The translations under genes were made by a program, and so were the position numbers. Below the pieces are notes generated by a model. It was not told the DNA's origin, ran no database searches, and worked only from the letters and a program-made list of their open reading frames with translations. A stretch of DNA of 64,000 nucleotides from Phaeosaccion multiseriatum. Taxonomy: Eukaryota; Protista; Ochrophyta, other classes. The stretch lies in the NCBI GenBank assembly GCA_965112735.1, contig OZ218957.1:3038001-3102000 (forward strand), in the 5' to 3' direction. The number at the start of each line of letters is the position of its first letter. The first letter of the stretch is position 1. Positions 23,717 through 35,717 of the stretch are shown here, in pieces.

Positions 23717-24414
23717 GGTGGCCGCAGTCCTTCCTATGCACTCCTCGCTCACTGCAGCTCCGCCGAGAACACCTCCTGCCCCTTGACCCCCCGAGGGTTG
23801 CCGTTTACTGGCGTTGAAATTGTGCCTATGTCAGACTTGCGGGACTGAGGCCAGCGGGCCTCCAACGAAAGGCCTCTACAGCGCCTCCTCCCCTCTCTTA
23901 CCTACTCTCCTCCCCGTCCCTTCTTTCCTTTGTGCCGCCCACGATAGGATCCCCTGTCGTTTTGTGGAAAGCCGTCCCTCGTCGTTTGCGCCCCCCAAAA
24001 AAGGCAAACTGACCGCCGAAAAGAAACAGCAGCTGCAGCAGCACCAGTGCCAAGGTGTGAAATTCCCTGTATGGTCGTAGCCCAGCCTTGGCCGATGCTT
24101 CCGCACTCAATAACGCAGAAGGAGCAGAGAGCAGCAGTTGGAGGCGAGGTGATTGGAAAAAACCCAGGTGGGTTTCACCATCGGGCAAGTTTAAATTGCT
24201 TCAGTTTGAGTTTCAGCTACATCTTTCTCTTCCCCCTTCCCCCTTCCCCCCTCCTCCTTCCTTCTCTGCTATGCTGCTACTTGTCTACGCCTACTTGTCC
24301 TATTGCTAAGGCCCAGACAGGCTACTTCTCTAGACGGCTGCGCGGATATCCACGAAAAAGGGGGACAAATAGGAGGGCAAAGAGGAGGGCAGCCCCCCCC
24401 TTCTCTGAGGCGGG

Positions 24415-25105
24415 ATGGACCAGGGGGGGGGGGGAGAGGCTGACGCGAAGAGGAAGCGGGAGGGCGAGCTCGGAGAGTTCTTGAAGGCTCTCCTGAACTA
24501 CAGCCCCACCCTGTCGGAAGAGGTGAGAAGGCTGCAAGGAAGAGCGAGGATACAAAGGAATACACTGAAGGAAGAGGGAAAGGGGCGTTTTAGGAGATGG
24601 TTTCCCCTCATCTCCTCTCACTCTTCTCCCACCCTCCTCCTCTACCCAATCCCCCTGCTCCGCTCTGCTGCCACGGCTTGTTCTGCTTGTGAATTTGCGG
24701 ACTCCTTCCTCCCCACAGGTGACGAGATGGTACCTGCAAAGGGCGGGAGTGGATTGCGCGGACGAGCGGATCCTCCGGCTCATCTCACTGGCGGCGGACA
24801 AGCTCATGGCGGAGACTATGTTTGGGGCCAAACAGTTTGCTCGCAAGCGCAGGAGGCAGGAAGGCGGCGGCGGAGGCAGCAGCAGCAGTAACGCCACTGG
24901 CAGCGTTGTCACACCAAGAAATAGCAGTGGTGCCAACGCCAACGGTGGTGGCAGTGGGGCAGGAGGAGGAGCAGCCAGCCGCGGGGGCGCAGGAGAGGCT
25001 GGCTCTAGCGGGGCAGCAGCCTCTGACCTTTCGGAGGTGCTCAGCGTAGACTTGGTAGACTTGGCGTCAAGCCTCAGGGAGAAGGCCATTTACCTACCGC
25101 GGTGA
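24415..25105 (+). CDS. TAF10: Transcription initiation factor TFIID subunit 10; exons 24415-24522 and 24719-25105
   Basis: EFLKALLNYSPTLSEE|VTRWYLQRAGVDCADERILRLISLAADKLM...DLASSLRE matches the TAF10 histone-fold signature (Y-PTIPD-VT-YYL-RAG---D-RI-RLISLAAQKF). Confidence 0.85.
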
Positions 25106-25440
25106 TGCCAGGGGCTCTCGGGAGGGGTGGGAGGGGGTGGGTAGTGCGGGGGAGGCGGCCATGCTTTGATCAACGACGACTTCATCGGGACTCAAGGCGC
25201 TGCAGCTTGTATATAGAGAGTTGATCATAGAGTCAAAAGACAGGCCTCATCGGCAGGGCGTTGAGCCCTTTCTTTGGTGTGGAATGCTCCTGTGTGCGAG
25301 GGTGGAGGAGTGAGGAGTGATTTGGCACACATAAGAGCCCTCCGATTGGCTGCCCCCGGCGTGGCTTCTGTTCTCGGCAAAATGTACATTTCCTTTATCC
25401 TAGGTGTCCAACCCCCGCCAACAAATGGTGCCCTTCCTTC

Positions 25441-26346
25441 CTATTTGCCGTCACCAATCTTATCCCATGTCTGCGTGTCAAAGTCTCCAGCGTCATGGCG
25501 CTCTCTGAGCTGCTCGCTAGTCTCGCCCCAGGCGCGGTTGACCATATTCCCTCGCTGGTAGGCCGGTCGCTCCATCACCGCATCGGCCCAGCGGTTGACG
25601 TGGGTGTAGCTGGCTGCTTCCAGGAACTCGTCGGAGCCGGGATAGAGCTTTCCTTTAAGCAGAGCCCCGTACCATGGCACGGCGGCCATGTCCGCGATGG
25701 TGTATTCGTCTCCTGCCAAGTAGGTGTTTTCGCTGAGTCGCCTGTTCAATACGTCGAGCTGCCGCTTCACCTCCATGGTGAAGCGATTGATGGGGTATTC
25801 AAGCTTCTCTGGTGCGTATGCGAAGAAGTGCCCGAACCCCCCGCCCAGATAGGGCGCCGACCCTTGCAGCCAGAACAACCAATTCATGGTCTCTGTTCTC
25901 GCCTTGCCCTCGCTGGGCAAGAAGGCCCCACCACACTTCTCCGCCAAGTACACCATGATAGAGGCACTCTCGAAGACTCGCGTGTCAGTGCTGTGATCAA
26001 AAAGCGCCGGGATCTTCGAGTTGGGGTTGATGTCGACAAATCCGCTGCCGAATTGATCGCCCTTGCTAATGTCGATGAGCCACGCGTCGTACTCCGCCTC
26101 CTTATGCCCCGCCGCCAACAGTTCTTCCAGGAGCACCGCCACTTTCACTCCGTTCGGTGTGGCGAGCGAATAAAGCTGCAGCGGATGCTTGCCCACTGGC
26201 AGCTCTTTCTCATGAGTGGGGCCAGCGACGGGGCGATTGATTGAGGCGAACTTCCCGCCTGAGCTTAGGGGCTGCCACACCTTAGGCGGCGTGTACGTCG
26301 CTGGTGCTGCTGGTGCTGCTGCTGCTGCTGCTTCTTGGTCCGCCAT
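25441..26346 (-). CDS. yghU: Glutathione S-transferase, Nu class / YghU-type disulfide-bond oxidoreductase; intronless
   Basis: YTPPKVW..GGKFASINRPVAGPTHEKELPVGKHPLQLYSLATPNGVKV..LEELL...EYDAWLIDI..GDQFGSGFVDINPNSKIPAL...FESASI...WLFWLQGSAPYLGGGFGHFFAYAPEK...QLRERHDA. The likely start is MADQE at 26346. Confidence 0.93.
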   Translation of the reverse strand: MADQEAAAAAAPAAPATYTPPKVWQPLSSGGKFASINRPVAGPTHEKELPVGKHPLQLYSLATPNGVKVAVLLEELLAAGHKEAEYDAWLIDISKGDQFGSGFVDINPNSKIPALFDHSTDTRVFESASIMVYLAEKCGGAFLPSEGKARTETMNWLFWLQGSAPYLGGGFGHFFAYAPEKLEYPINRFTMEVKRQLDVLNRRLSENTYLAGDEYTIADMAAVPWYGALLKGKLYPGSDEFLEAASYTHVNRWADAVMERPAYQRGNMVNRAWGETSEQLRERHDAGDFDTQTWDKIGDGK

Positions 26347-27236
26347 TTGCGCTGCTCCTCGTTTCGCCAAAGAGTATGTGAGACGAGAATGACGGGAATG
26401 AAGAAGGGTGGAGAGAGAGAAGAAAAGTGAAACACGACAGGAAATTTTCGCGCCGCTTCTTGTGTCCTCAAAGTTTATGTGAGACGACAGAGAAGACAGG
26501 AGAGATAATATACGGGAAGTAGGCGAGAAGAGAGGGGGAAAGGGAGGAGAATCGGGAAGAACAAAAGAGCGGGAAGAAAAGGTGTGGGGGGGGGGGTTGA
26601 GCTGAAATTTAAATTGGATATACGGGCAGCACGTAACATTTCGTAAGCCCTCTATCACGAGTGGGTGTGGAGCACCACCAACAGACAAGAGAGCAGGGCA
26701 AGTTGACGAGGGTGTGACTAGTGCGTCGGCGAAGGTGAGATGCTCTTTCTTCGGGAGGCGAGCTACGCTGGCTGGGACGGGGTGGGAAGCCGAGGAGTGG
26801 TGGGGGTCGGTGGGTGAGGAGCCAAGGCCGGGGGGTGGGCACATGGAAGAAAAACAAGTAGCTGTGCTGGGCTGCGGGAGACTGGCGGCGTGCGAGGAGC
26901 AAAAGTTCAGTGCGGGCGCAGGGTTTCTGCTTCTGCAGCAGCGGAGTCAGAGCCTCCATGTCTGCTGCTGCTGCTGCTGATGTCGGCCGACTGGATATGG
27001 CGTGGCTGGTACCCGCATCCAAATTTGGTACCTTGTACCCTTCGCCTGCGCAGCACAAGTAGAGAGAAGACCTGCATCACGTATTGTCTGCTCCTTTGAG
27101 AGCTCTACTTTGTTTCCACCTACAATGTTTCCTTCTCCTCACCCGTACCTCCCCGTCCCACGTCCCCCACCTCCAAACCCCCTTTTATTTGACATGTCTA
27201 GGTTCGTCCTAGTAGTTAGTTAGACGCATAGACAGG

Positions 27237-29022
27237 ATGGATGATAATGAGGAGATCATGGCCGCACGGGCAAAGATGATGGCCAAGAGAGGGTCAGGGG
27301 CAGGGAAGATCACTGGGGGTGTGCGACGGAAGAAGAAGGCCATCCACAAGACAGCAACATCAGGTGCGGCCCCGTGTCTATAATTGAAACGTTATGATGT
27401 GATATGATTCCGCATGGGTCTCACTGGCCATGCTCGACGCAGTATAGCAATGGGCGTGTGGGTTCGTGTGCTTGAGAGAGAGAGCCTTGGGCTCTCCTCT
27501 ACACGTGCCTTTGAGCTTTGGCGCGGGAGGGGGAAGTCTACCCTGCTCGTGGAGGAGGGGAAAGTGGGCAGGATTATGCGATTGGGGGCTGGGCTAGCGT
27601 CTGTCAGGTAGTTTTGCTTGGGTTCAAAGGCTGACAGACCGGGGTCCAAACCATTGGCTGATGGAGAGAAACGTACCTTGATTGGATATTGGGTATTGTG
27701 TATGTAGGCAGTTGTGGCCTGTTGCCAGAGCCTGTGCTGCGCACTAACCCTCCACTTTTCATCGGCTTCCCTCCCTCCCTCCCTCCCTCCCTCACACTCG
27801 CTCCCTTTCCCTTGCCCAACACAGACGACAAGAAGTTGGGTACCACGCTGAAGAGGTTGGGGGTGACAAATATCCCGGCCATCGAGGAGGTGAACATGTT
27901 TAAGGACAACGGCGAGGTCATCCACTTCGTCAACCCCAAGGGTGAGTACCAGTGCTATAGTGCTAGTGCTAAAGTCCTATGAGTGCTAGTGCCCGGGCAA
28001 ACAAGTTTATTGCCTGCTGGTGCTTGACAACGGACACCACGCCTGTAGAGTCGAGTGCATTGGATGCAGTGGCGTGTGAAGTGAAAGTCCCTCCCATTTT
28101 TATTCCCCTTGTATCTTTTCGTGTTGAACCGGCCGACCACTTGGTTGTTGGCTGTCGCTGAAGCAGTCTCTCTTCCTAGTGTTGTCGGCATCGCTCACTG
28201 ATGTGCGATATGACTTGAATTCCAAGCTTACTGCTTGAGTAGGGAAGGCACAACTCACCCCCCTCCTCTCCTGACCTTGCGCGATACGAATCACCGCACC
28301 AACGGCCTAACCCGAAAGGCTTGCTTTCCCCCCACCCCGCCCGCGCTGCTGCTGCTCTTGCTCTTCCACCCCCGGTCCTTCCTTTTCCCTCCCTTCCTCC
28401 CTATCTAATCCCCAATGGCCGTTGTGCCGAGCAGTCCAGGCATCTGTCGGGGCTAACACATACGTGATTAGCGGCAACGCCGAGACCAAGAGTGAGTTGT
28501 GTGTGTGCGCCCGTGTGTGTGTGCGTGCGGGTGGGTGGATGGATGGGTGTGTGTGTGTGTGTGGGTGTGTGTGTGTCTGCACGCCAAAAGGCTGCCCCCC
28601 CTGCCGGGTATCTTTGAGGCAGGGAGCGTGACGGCAGTGTGTTGACTTGCCTTGCGCCTTCGATCGACGAGTGCATGAACCTTTGGGTATGAGCCTTTCC
28701 CCATCTCCAACAGTGAGCAACTCCCCACGCAAGGGCATTGCGGACTTGACTCAACCTGACCTTACCCCATCAGTGAATGAAATGCCATGGGCCCGTTCTC
28801 CTTGACTTAACGTTCTTTCCTCCTCCTCCTCCTCACACCTCACCAGAGCTGCAAGACTTGCTACCAGGGATCATGAACGAGCTCGGAGCCGAGAACCTGT
28901 CCCAGCTCAAGGACATTGCCTCCAACATGCAGGCTGAGGGAGGAGAGGCAGCAGATGACGACGACGATGATGACGACATCCCCGACCTTGTGGAGAACTT
29001 CGAGGAGGCAGCGTCTACCTAA
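27237..29022 (+). CDS. BTF3: Nascent polypeptide-associated complex subunit beta; exons 27237-27363, 27825-27941, 28435-28491, 28847-29022
   Basis: [16 protein letters not shown]|[39 protein letters not shown]|[19 protein letters not shown]|[18 protein letters not shown]...[12 protein letters not shown]; 477 nt in frame. Confidence 0.95.
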
Positions 29023-29972
29023 ATCGTAACGCCCGTTCTTCATACCTAGGCATCATGTTTAGTACTGAGTAGGGCGCGTCTTGTCTGCCTAAGTGGTCTA
29101 CCTGGGCGCCTAAGGACTGAGTGCTGAGTATACTGAGTACCCACACCCTTACGTACGTTGAAGAAGTAGCCTCTGTTCTACCTAAAGTAGGGACCCTGAG
29201 TAGCAAGCAGCCCACACAGCAGCACAGCAGCACAGCAGCCAGTGTAGTTCCTTCCCCACAATGGGCCTGCTGCGGCTGCTGCTCCCCATTAGAGAACTGG
29301 CAATCGATCAATATATTTCATCTCTTCCACCCCTTTCATCTACAATACAAGACCACCTTTTTTTGCTGTCTCTTGCGTCAACTTCTTTCGTTGAAAAGGT
29401 GCTGATGTCTTAACTTGCTTGACAAGTGCTTGACATGCCTGAGAGGCGTCAGTGTCTTTGTCTCCACATATCCACCACGCACAGGACGGGGGAGGACGTA
29501 GCCCGGGACGGGATCGGACGGGATGGGGATGGCAGTGGATGGCGGCCAATGTGAACGGTAACGGAAGTGCACTGCGGAAGGTGTAGTATGAAGGCCAACC
29601 CTTAGCATGCCATGTCCTCAGAGAACAGAGGCGCAAGAAGCAACTGCGGAACAAACTGGAGCAATGGCCGTACCCACCACAGTGCGATCTTGTGCCACAG
29701 GGATTGGTGGTGCAGTAGCAGTTGGTGATATACACAAGTGCGCGATACCCCCCGCCCGCCCGGCACTCCCTTCCTCATGTTGTAACAAATGTGTTTTTAT
29801 GTACTGCAGATGAAATGACGACAAGATACACGAGACAACAAAGTGTATCGGGCAACCCCCCTCACACAACCGTCCTCCCCCGCCCGCACTCACTCTCTGT
29901 CTATACCCCTAAGCTCAGCTCAGCTAAGCCAATAAACATCAGCAAGCACTTTACTGCTCTCTCTCTCTTTCT

Positions 29973-31316
29973 CTACACCTTGCCTTTCTCGGTGACAATA
30001 CGGGTGTTCTTCTCCTTGGGCTGCCGCTCCTCCCAAGGAGCAGGGCCATGCTTGTCGAGGTCAACGTTAAGTCGCACCGCTTGGAACTGGCCAAGGGCCT
30101 TGAGGGCGAAGAGAGGACCCCAGCCCTGTGGGACGTCCCGGCAGATCAGACGCCACACGAATAGAGAGAGATGGAGGCAGGGTGAGGGGACAGGGGGGGA
30201 GAGGGAGAGGGAGAGGGAGGGAGAGAGGAAGAGAGGGAGAGATAGACAGAGAGAGAGGGAGGGAGAGACAGAGAGAAGCGAAAAAGAAGACATAAGTGGG
30301 AGGACGCACAAAGGAACAGGGGGTGTGGTGCGGGGGGGGGGGGGTCAGGACTACGAGAGGAAAGGGACGAGAAGAAAAGAAGCACTTTGCCGTCCGTCTG
30401 TCTCTTGCAAGGTAAGTGACAAGACACGAGGCCGGATATATCAATGAACCCCACATGGCCTTATTCCCATGCACACGTTCGATTGACGATGCCTTCACTT
30501 CATTCCCTCCCTAGACCATACATGAATACATTTTTGGATTCCATCACTGAGGCAGGCCCCTGGCTCCTCGCGCCACCCCCACACCACCACACCACCACAC
30601 CTAGTCCCAACCCTGCTCGTCGCCCCACCCACACTCCGCCATTACCATACCTTGATCTCTCCTTCCAGATAGTGCTCGTTGCAATTGTCGAACAGCCTGG
30701 CTGTGTATATCCTCTTTCCGTTCCACCCTAGGAAAAAGTCTCTGTAGAAGGTTAGATTTCGGCTCTTGCTGTTCATTCGCCACTTTGACCTGTGATTGTC
30801 CAGCCACACACAGGAGCCGTCGCCCTGGGGGAAGAAAAGTGGGGGGGGGGGGGGGAAGAGGGGGAGGAAGGAGGGGACGGTGGAGGGAGGGGGGGCGAAG
30901 GCAAAGGCAAGGGGCGCATGGATGAGCAAAGAGTTAATGCCACACTTTGACTGATCCAAGGCCTCTGCTGCTGCGCTCTACCCCGCCTAGTAGCAGCAGC
31001 AGTAGTAGTAATAGTGGTGGTGGAGGTAGTAATACTACGCGGGGGCAGTTGTAGTAGTAGCAGCAGCAGCAGCAGCAGCAGTAGTAGTGGTGGAGGTAGT
31101 AATAGTACGCGGGGGTAGTTGTAGTAGCAGCAGCAGCAGCAGTAGTAATAGCGGTGGTGGAGGTAGTAATAGTACGTGGGGGTAGTTGTAGTAGTAGCAG
31201 CAGCAGCAGCAGCAGTAGTGGTGGTAGTAGTAGTAGTAGGAGGAGGAGGGGGCAGTAGTACGGGAGGATGAGGAGGAGGAGAAGATTACTACTAAAAGTA
31301 AATAGTGTGTGTAGTA

Positions 31317-31368
<52 letters not shown>

Positions 31369-32374
31369 CAGGAGGAGGAGGAGGGGAGGAGGTAAGTCGT
31401 AGAGAGGAGCAGGAGGAGGGGTGAAAGGCCCTGTCTATACACATCTAATCGTGCACACCTTCAAGGCAATCTTGGTCTGCTTCATCCTCCTCTTCCCGTT
31501 CCACAAAATGGCGAGAGCCCATGTGGAATCAGCGTAATCCTTTGCTTTGAAGATCTTGACGCGCTTTTTGATCCCCCCCCCCCCCCCCTCGGGCCCTCCT
31601 GCTTCTGCCATTGCGCCAGGGACGGCTGGTGACTCAGCGTCCCCGTCTGCCGCTCCTCCTACGCTAGCTGCTGCTCCTGCTGCTGCTGCTGCTGCTGCCT
31701 CAGATGTGCTCTCTCCTCCTCCCTCTCCGCTGCGTGCTGGGGGCTCCCTCGGACCGACCAATCTCCCCGCCCCCAAACTCTTGTCCTTGCCGTACACCTT
31801 ACCTTCAACCGCCTCTTCTATTATTAACCCCGTCGTCCTCTCCACCCCCCCCTCTTCTGCCTCTGCGGCTTCAATGAGTGGTGACCCGTCACTATCGTCC
31901 GCCGCCCCTCCGCTTCCACTCGCTGATGCTGGTGCACTCGCGGGTGCGCTCTCTTGTACACCACTCGATGATGCACCCCGACCGTACGCGTACCCCTTGC
32001 CCTCTTTCAGCCCCTCCTGAGGCGTTTGGTTCGCCGACAAGGGGGACCAGGCAGCTCGGCCGTAGCTCAGACTATAGTCCGGAGTCTCCACCCAACACAC
32101 CGCTCCTCGCTGTCTCCGCCGCTTGTTCTGAGCCTTCCACTGCTGCCGATACTGCAAGCTCCCGCCCGTAGAGGCTCCTCCCCCCCCCCCTGACCCCTCC
32201 TCCCCCTCCTGCCCGATGATGCCGCCCCTGCTCCTGCTGGCTCCCAAGGCCAGACACCACCACCCGCCCTCCTCCGGAAAAGGCGAGTGCCTCTCTGAGA
32301 AGCACCACGAGGCTGAATACCAGCACGAGCAATAAGGCCTGCGGGGCAGCCCCCGCCGCTCCTCCTGCCGCCAT
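29973..32374 (-). CDS. Putative plastid-targeted protein of unknown function; exons 32374-31459, 30824-30651, 30125-29973; requires a 1-nt correction, probably in the G11 run at 32180-32190
   Basis: Signal peptide MAAGGAAGAAPQALLLVLVFSLVVLLREALA|F. A C-terminal globular domain spans three phase-0 exons (STWALAILWNGK..IALK|GDGSCVWLD..KWRM..LEGEIK|GWGPLFALKALGQFQAVR). The joined length of 1243 nt is 3n+1. Confidence 0.6.
30988..31390. repeat. Compound (TAG)/(CAG)/(TGG) minisatellite with a unit of about 65 bp, intronic
   Basis: GTGGTGGAGGTAGTAATA(C/G)TACG(C/T)GGGGG(C/T)AGTTGTAGTAG...CAGCAG repeated three times, followed by pure (TAG)n. Confidence 0.85.
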
Positions 32375-32982
32375 GGTATCTCCAAATGGCCTCATGTGAA
32401 TCTTCAGCTTCCCTCCTGTTGCTCTCCCCGAGGGGGTTGGGTTTTATTTTCTATATTTTCCACAAATTGGAACGGTGTCATCGAAGAAAAAATTGCTCCC
32501 GAGCTTAAAGCTGAGGCCAGCCAGCCGCACTAGTCAGGGCCATCTCATCGTGGGTGCATCTCTTGCTGTGGCAGTGGAGATGAGAGGACTGCTGATCGCG
32601 TAGAAGAGAGGAGTTGGCGCGGCGGCCCTCTTGCAGAGGGCAAGGGGGAAGAAGGGGGAGCAACAAGGAGAGGGCGGCAGGGAAGGACTGCTAGCGAGGG
32701 CAACGGGAAAGACAGCGCACGACGGACGAGTTACGCCACTATGGTCGGCAGGGAGAGGATGTCGTGGGCCCCCGGCGAGCGAGATCCCCCGCTGGAAGGA
32801 AGGGTACGTCGGGGAGCAACGCTCCTCTCTCCAATTGTCTCTGTCGTACTTTGGGCTTGGATCCGAAGCACGGATAACTGACTCGCTCACCCCTCACCCT
32901 ACTACTACCGCTGCTGTGTTGGCTATTTTCATCCACGTGTTGCTTCTTCTCTACGCTCCTTCACCAGAGCATACTGCGGTGG

Positions 32983-35717
32983 ATGAGAGGTTCGAAGAAA
33001 AACGGCAAAAAGCGACCTCGATCTCCTTCCACCTTGCGCAAGAACAGTGAGGATGGCGAGTCAGTGGTTACCTCCGCACTCACCTCGCTGTCTCGTTACA
33101 GTACTAACCCCAAGAGAAGCAGCCGGTTCCTCCATCACTGCCCCCCCCAGCAGTTTGGGGGGGGTGGGGCGAGGGCATGCCTCTACCCAACATTCAGTTT
33201 TCAGGAGGAAGCGTGCGAGGCGGAGACGCACCACGTTGAGTATGAGTTTTGCCTCGAGAACTCGTCGGAGTCCGACTGCGACTCTGTCCGGGAGGACTTC
33301 TTCAGCTCGTCCATCTTTGACAGTGACTACGGCATCAGCAGCAGGGCGGCAGAGGCACAGGCTGCCGCCGCCGTAGCAGCAGCAGCAGCAGCATCCGCCG
33401 CCGCCGCCGCAGCAACCGCTTCTACCGGGGCTCCTGATGGAGAGTTTGGTTCAGCCCAAAGGCGGAGGCGGTCATCATCTTACTCTGCCGGGGACGGAGA
33501 GTTCAGTTCCTCCTCCTCGACCATGGCCGCGAGGTGGATTGGCAGGCTCCTCTCCAGGTGTGACAACTCTTCCTCAAGTAGTGCCGTGGGGTTCGAAAGC
33601 AACGTCAGCCGGCCCTTGTCGTGGAGTGGTGGCAGTGTCTCTGCCGGGGGGGGGCACGCGAGCAATGTCCCTTGCCATGAGGAGTGCGTGAGGCGGAATG
33701 GTGGTGGTGGTGGGGCTGGTGGCGGCGCTGGCACGACGGAGCAGCCCCCCCTCATGGACATGAACACACGAAGAAAGAAGTGAGTGCGTGCGTGGGTGCG
33801 GGGATGCGGGGGTGGGTGGATGGGTGGGTGACAGAGGGGGGTGTTCGTTCGCTCTCCTCGGGTGCCAAGTCTCGGCTTAGTGTGTGCGGTGATGGTGGTG
33901 ATGGTGGTGGTGGTGGTCGGTTGAATGCAATGGGCCTCTTTTTTATAGTCAGGCGCTTGCTCGGAGGTTGGAGATGATTCGCTCGCTCCCTCTCCTCCCC
34001 TTTGCTTGCTTGTTTTGTTCTCTGGCTCGACTCGCCCCTCCACCTGTGTGACTTGTGTGGCTTGCATGCGTCGCCTCTGTGGCCTCCCTGGCCACCATTT
34101 GATCATTCTGTGGTGCTTTGCTCTTACCTTACCTTACCTGTACTCTTTCCCCTTTACACCACCCCCACCCCGGTGCAGCGACGAGGCGTCATTCAGGGCC
34201 GTGCTGAAGGCTGGGCTGGACGTTACAAAGATGGATGTAACCGAAATGTGGTCCACCAAAGAAAAGAAGACCAGAGACCGCAAATCCTTCAAGTGGCTGG
34301 GCATCAAAAAGCTGTTCCGCAAGCTCACCCGCAAGGGTCTCGGCCCGGACTACCACGGCCTCGTCACGCTCTTCCTGTCGGAGGACTTGTCACACCTGTG
34401 CTGGAGCAGACCGGGCAAGGCAGACCTTGTCTTTGATGCGCACCATTCCATCCCGGTCAAGCAGATCACGCACATTCGGCTCGGCCACCCCGGCCCCACG
34501 AGCATCTGCATCTACACACGCGGGTGCGTTACGTTGCTTTGCACTTGCACTCCCACACACTGTGTGTTGCTGCTGTATCACCAACTGCTGCTGCTGCTGC
34601 GAATGAGTGTGGGGTCTTGGCAGCCCCCTTTCATCGTGTTAGGGCACTCAACTCATTCGGAGGGGGCAGGGAGAGTACGTCAAACACTCACGGCATTGCG
34701 TTTGCGGCGCTTTTGACAATGGATGTCCCTAATCACTCGCCTGTCCCTCTCCTCCTTGCCTCCTCCTTCTACCCCTCCTCCTCCTCCACCACCACCACCA
34801 CCATCACCACCACCGCCACCGCCACCACGACCACCCCCTCCTCCTCTTCCTGCTGCTGCCTGTCTCGTCCGATTTCACCGCAGAGCTTTGACTTTTGCGT
34901 TCGAGGTGGATAGCGAGGCAGGATTCGACCTCATCACGCACGGCTTCTCCTTGCTCTATCCCCAAGCCCTCAGAATGGTAGGAAAGAATGACTGCACGAG
35001 CGAACGAATGACTGACTGACTGGCTGACTGACTGGACGAACGAAGAAGCCGAGGGGCTTGTTCTTGCAACCCCTTGCCGTTCTTTCCGATACGCTCTCCC
35101 TCCTCCTCTGGAGCGAGGCACACACTCAAACCACACTCACCCCCTCACCCCCTCCCTCCCTTGCCTCTCTGCTTTCTCTCCCCTCCCCGCCCCTCCTCCT
35201 TCCCCACTTCTGTGACGTGTCTCGCGTCTCGCTCTCTTGATAGGGTATGGTATTGGACCTCGATCGTGTCAAGACCACAGTGAAACCGCAGCCCCGTCGC
35301 CGCAAGTCGAGTTGCCGCCGCCGCCGTCGGAGTCGGAAGAAGAAGTCGGGCCGTAGCAGCGTGTCCGGCACCAAGGGAAGCAACTTGGCATCGGAGTGGC
35401 AGGAGGAGGAGGGGGAGGAGAAGGGGGGGGGGGATGATGGCCTTGAGGAGTACGAGAAGGAGGAGAAGGAGGACGACGAGGCCCAGGCGAAGGTGGAGAG
35501 GAAGACGAGGGGCTACCGTACCGGTGGTGTTGACGAGAGAAAGGAGGCGGGTGGTGGTGGGCGGCGGCAGCAGCGGCGGCAGCAGCGGCGGCAGCAGCGG
35601 CGGCAGCAGGAGACCCACACTCACAAATGGGCGGATGTATTATTGTTTGGGAAGGGAGGGCCCGCCAAGCCCCTGTGGGAGGGGCGGCAACCACGAACAC
35701 GGGCGCTCGTGTCATGA
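32983..35717 (+). CDS. PH-like domain protein; exons 32983-33779, 34179-34523, 34884-34977, 35244-35717
   Basis: FRAVLKAGLDVTKM...VTLFLSEDLSHLCWSRPGK...SIPVKQITHIRLG..SICIYTRG|ALTFAFEVDSEAGFDLITHGFSLL resembles PLC-type/Mcp5-type PH folds. GT-AG junctions keep frame (1710 nt). Confidence 0.7.
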
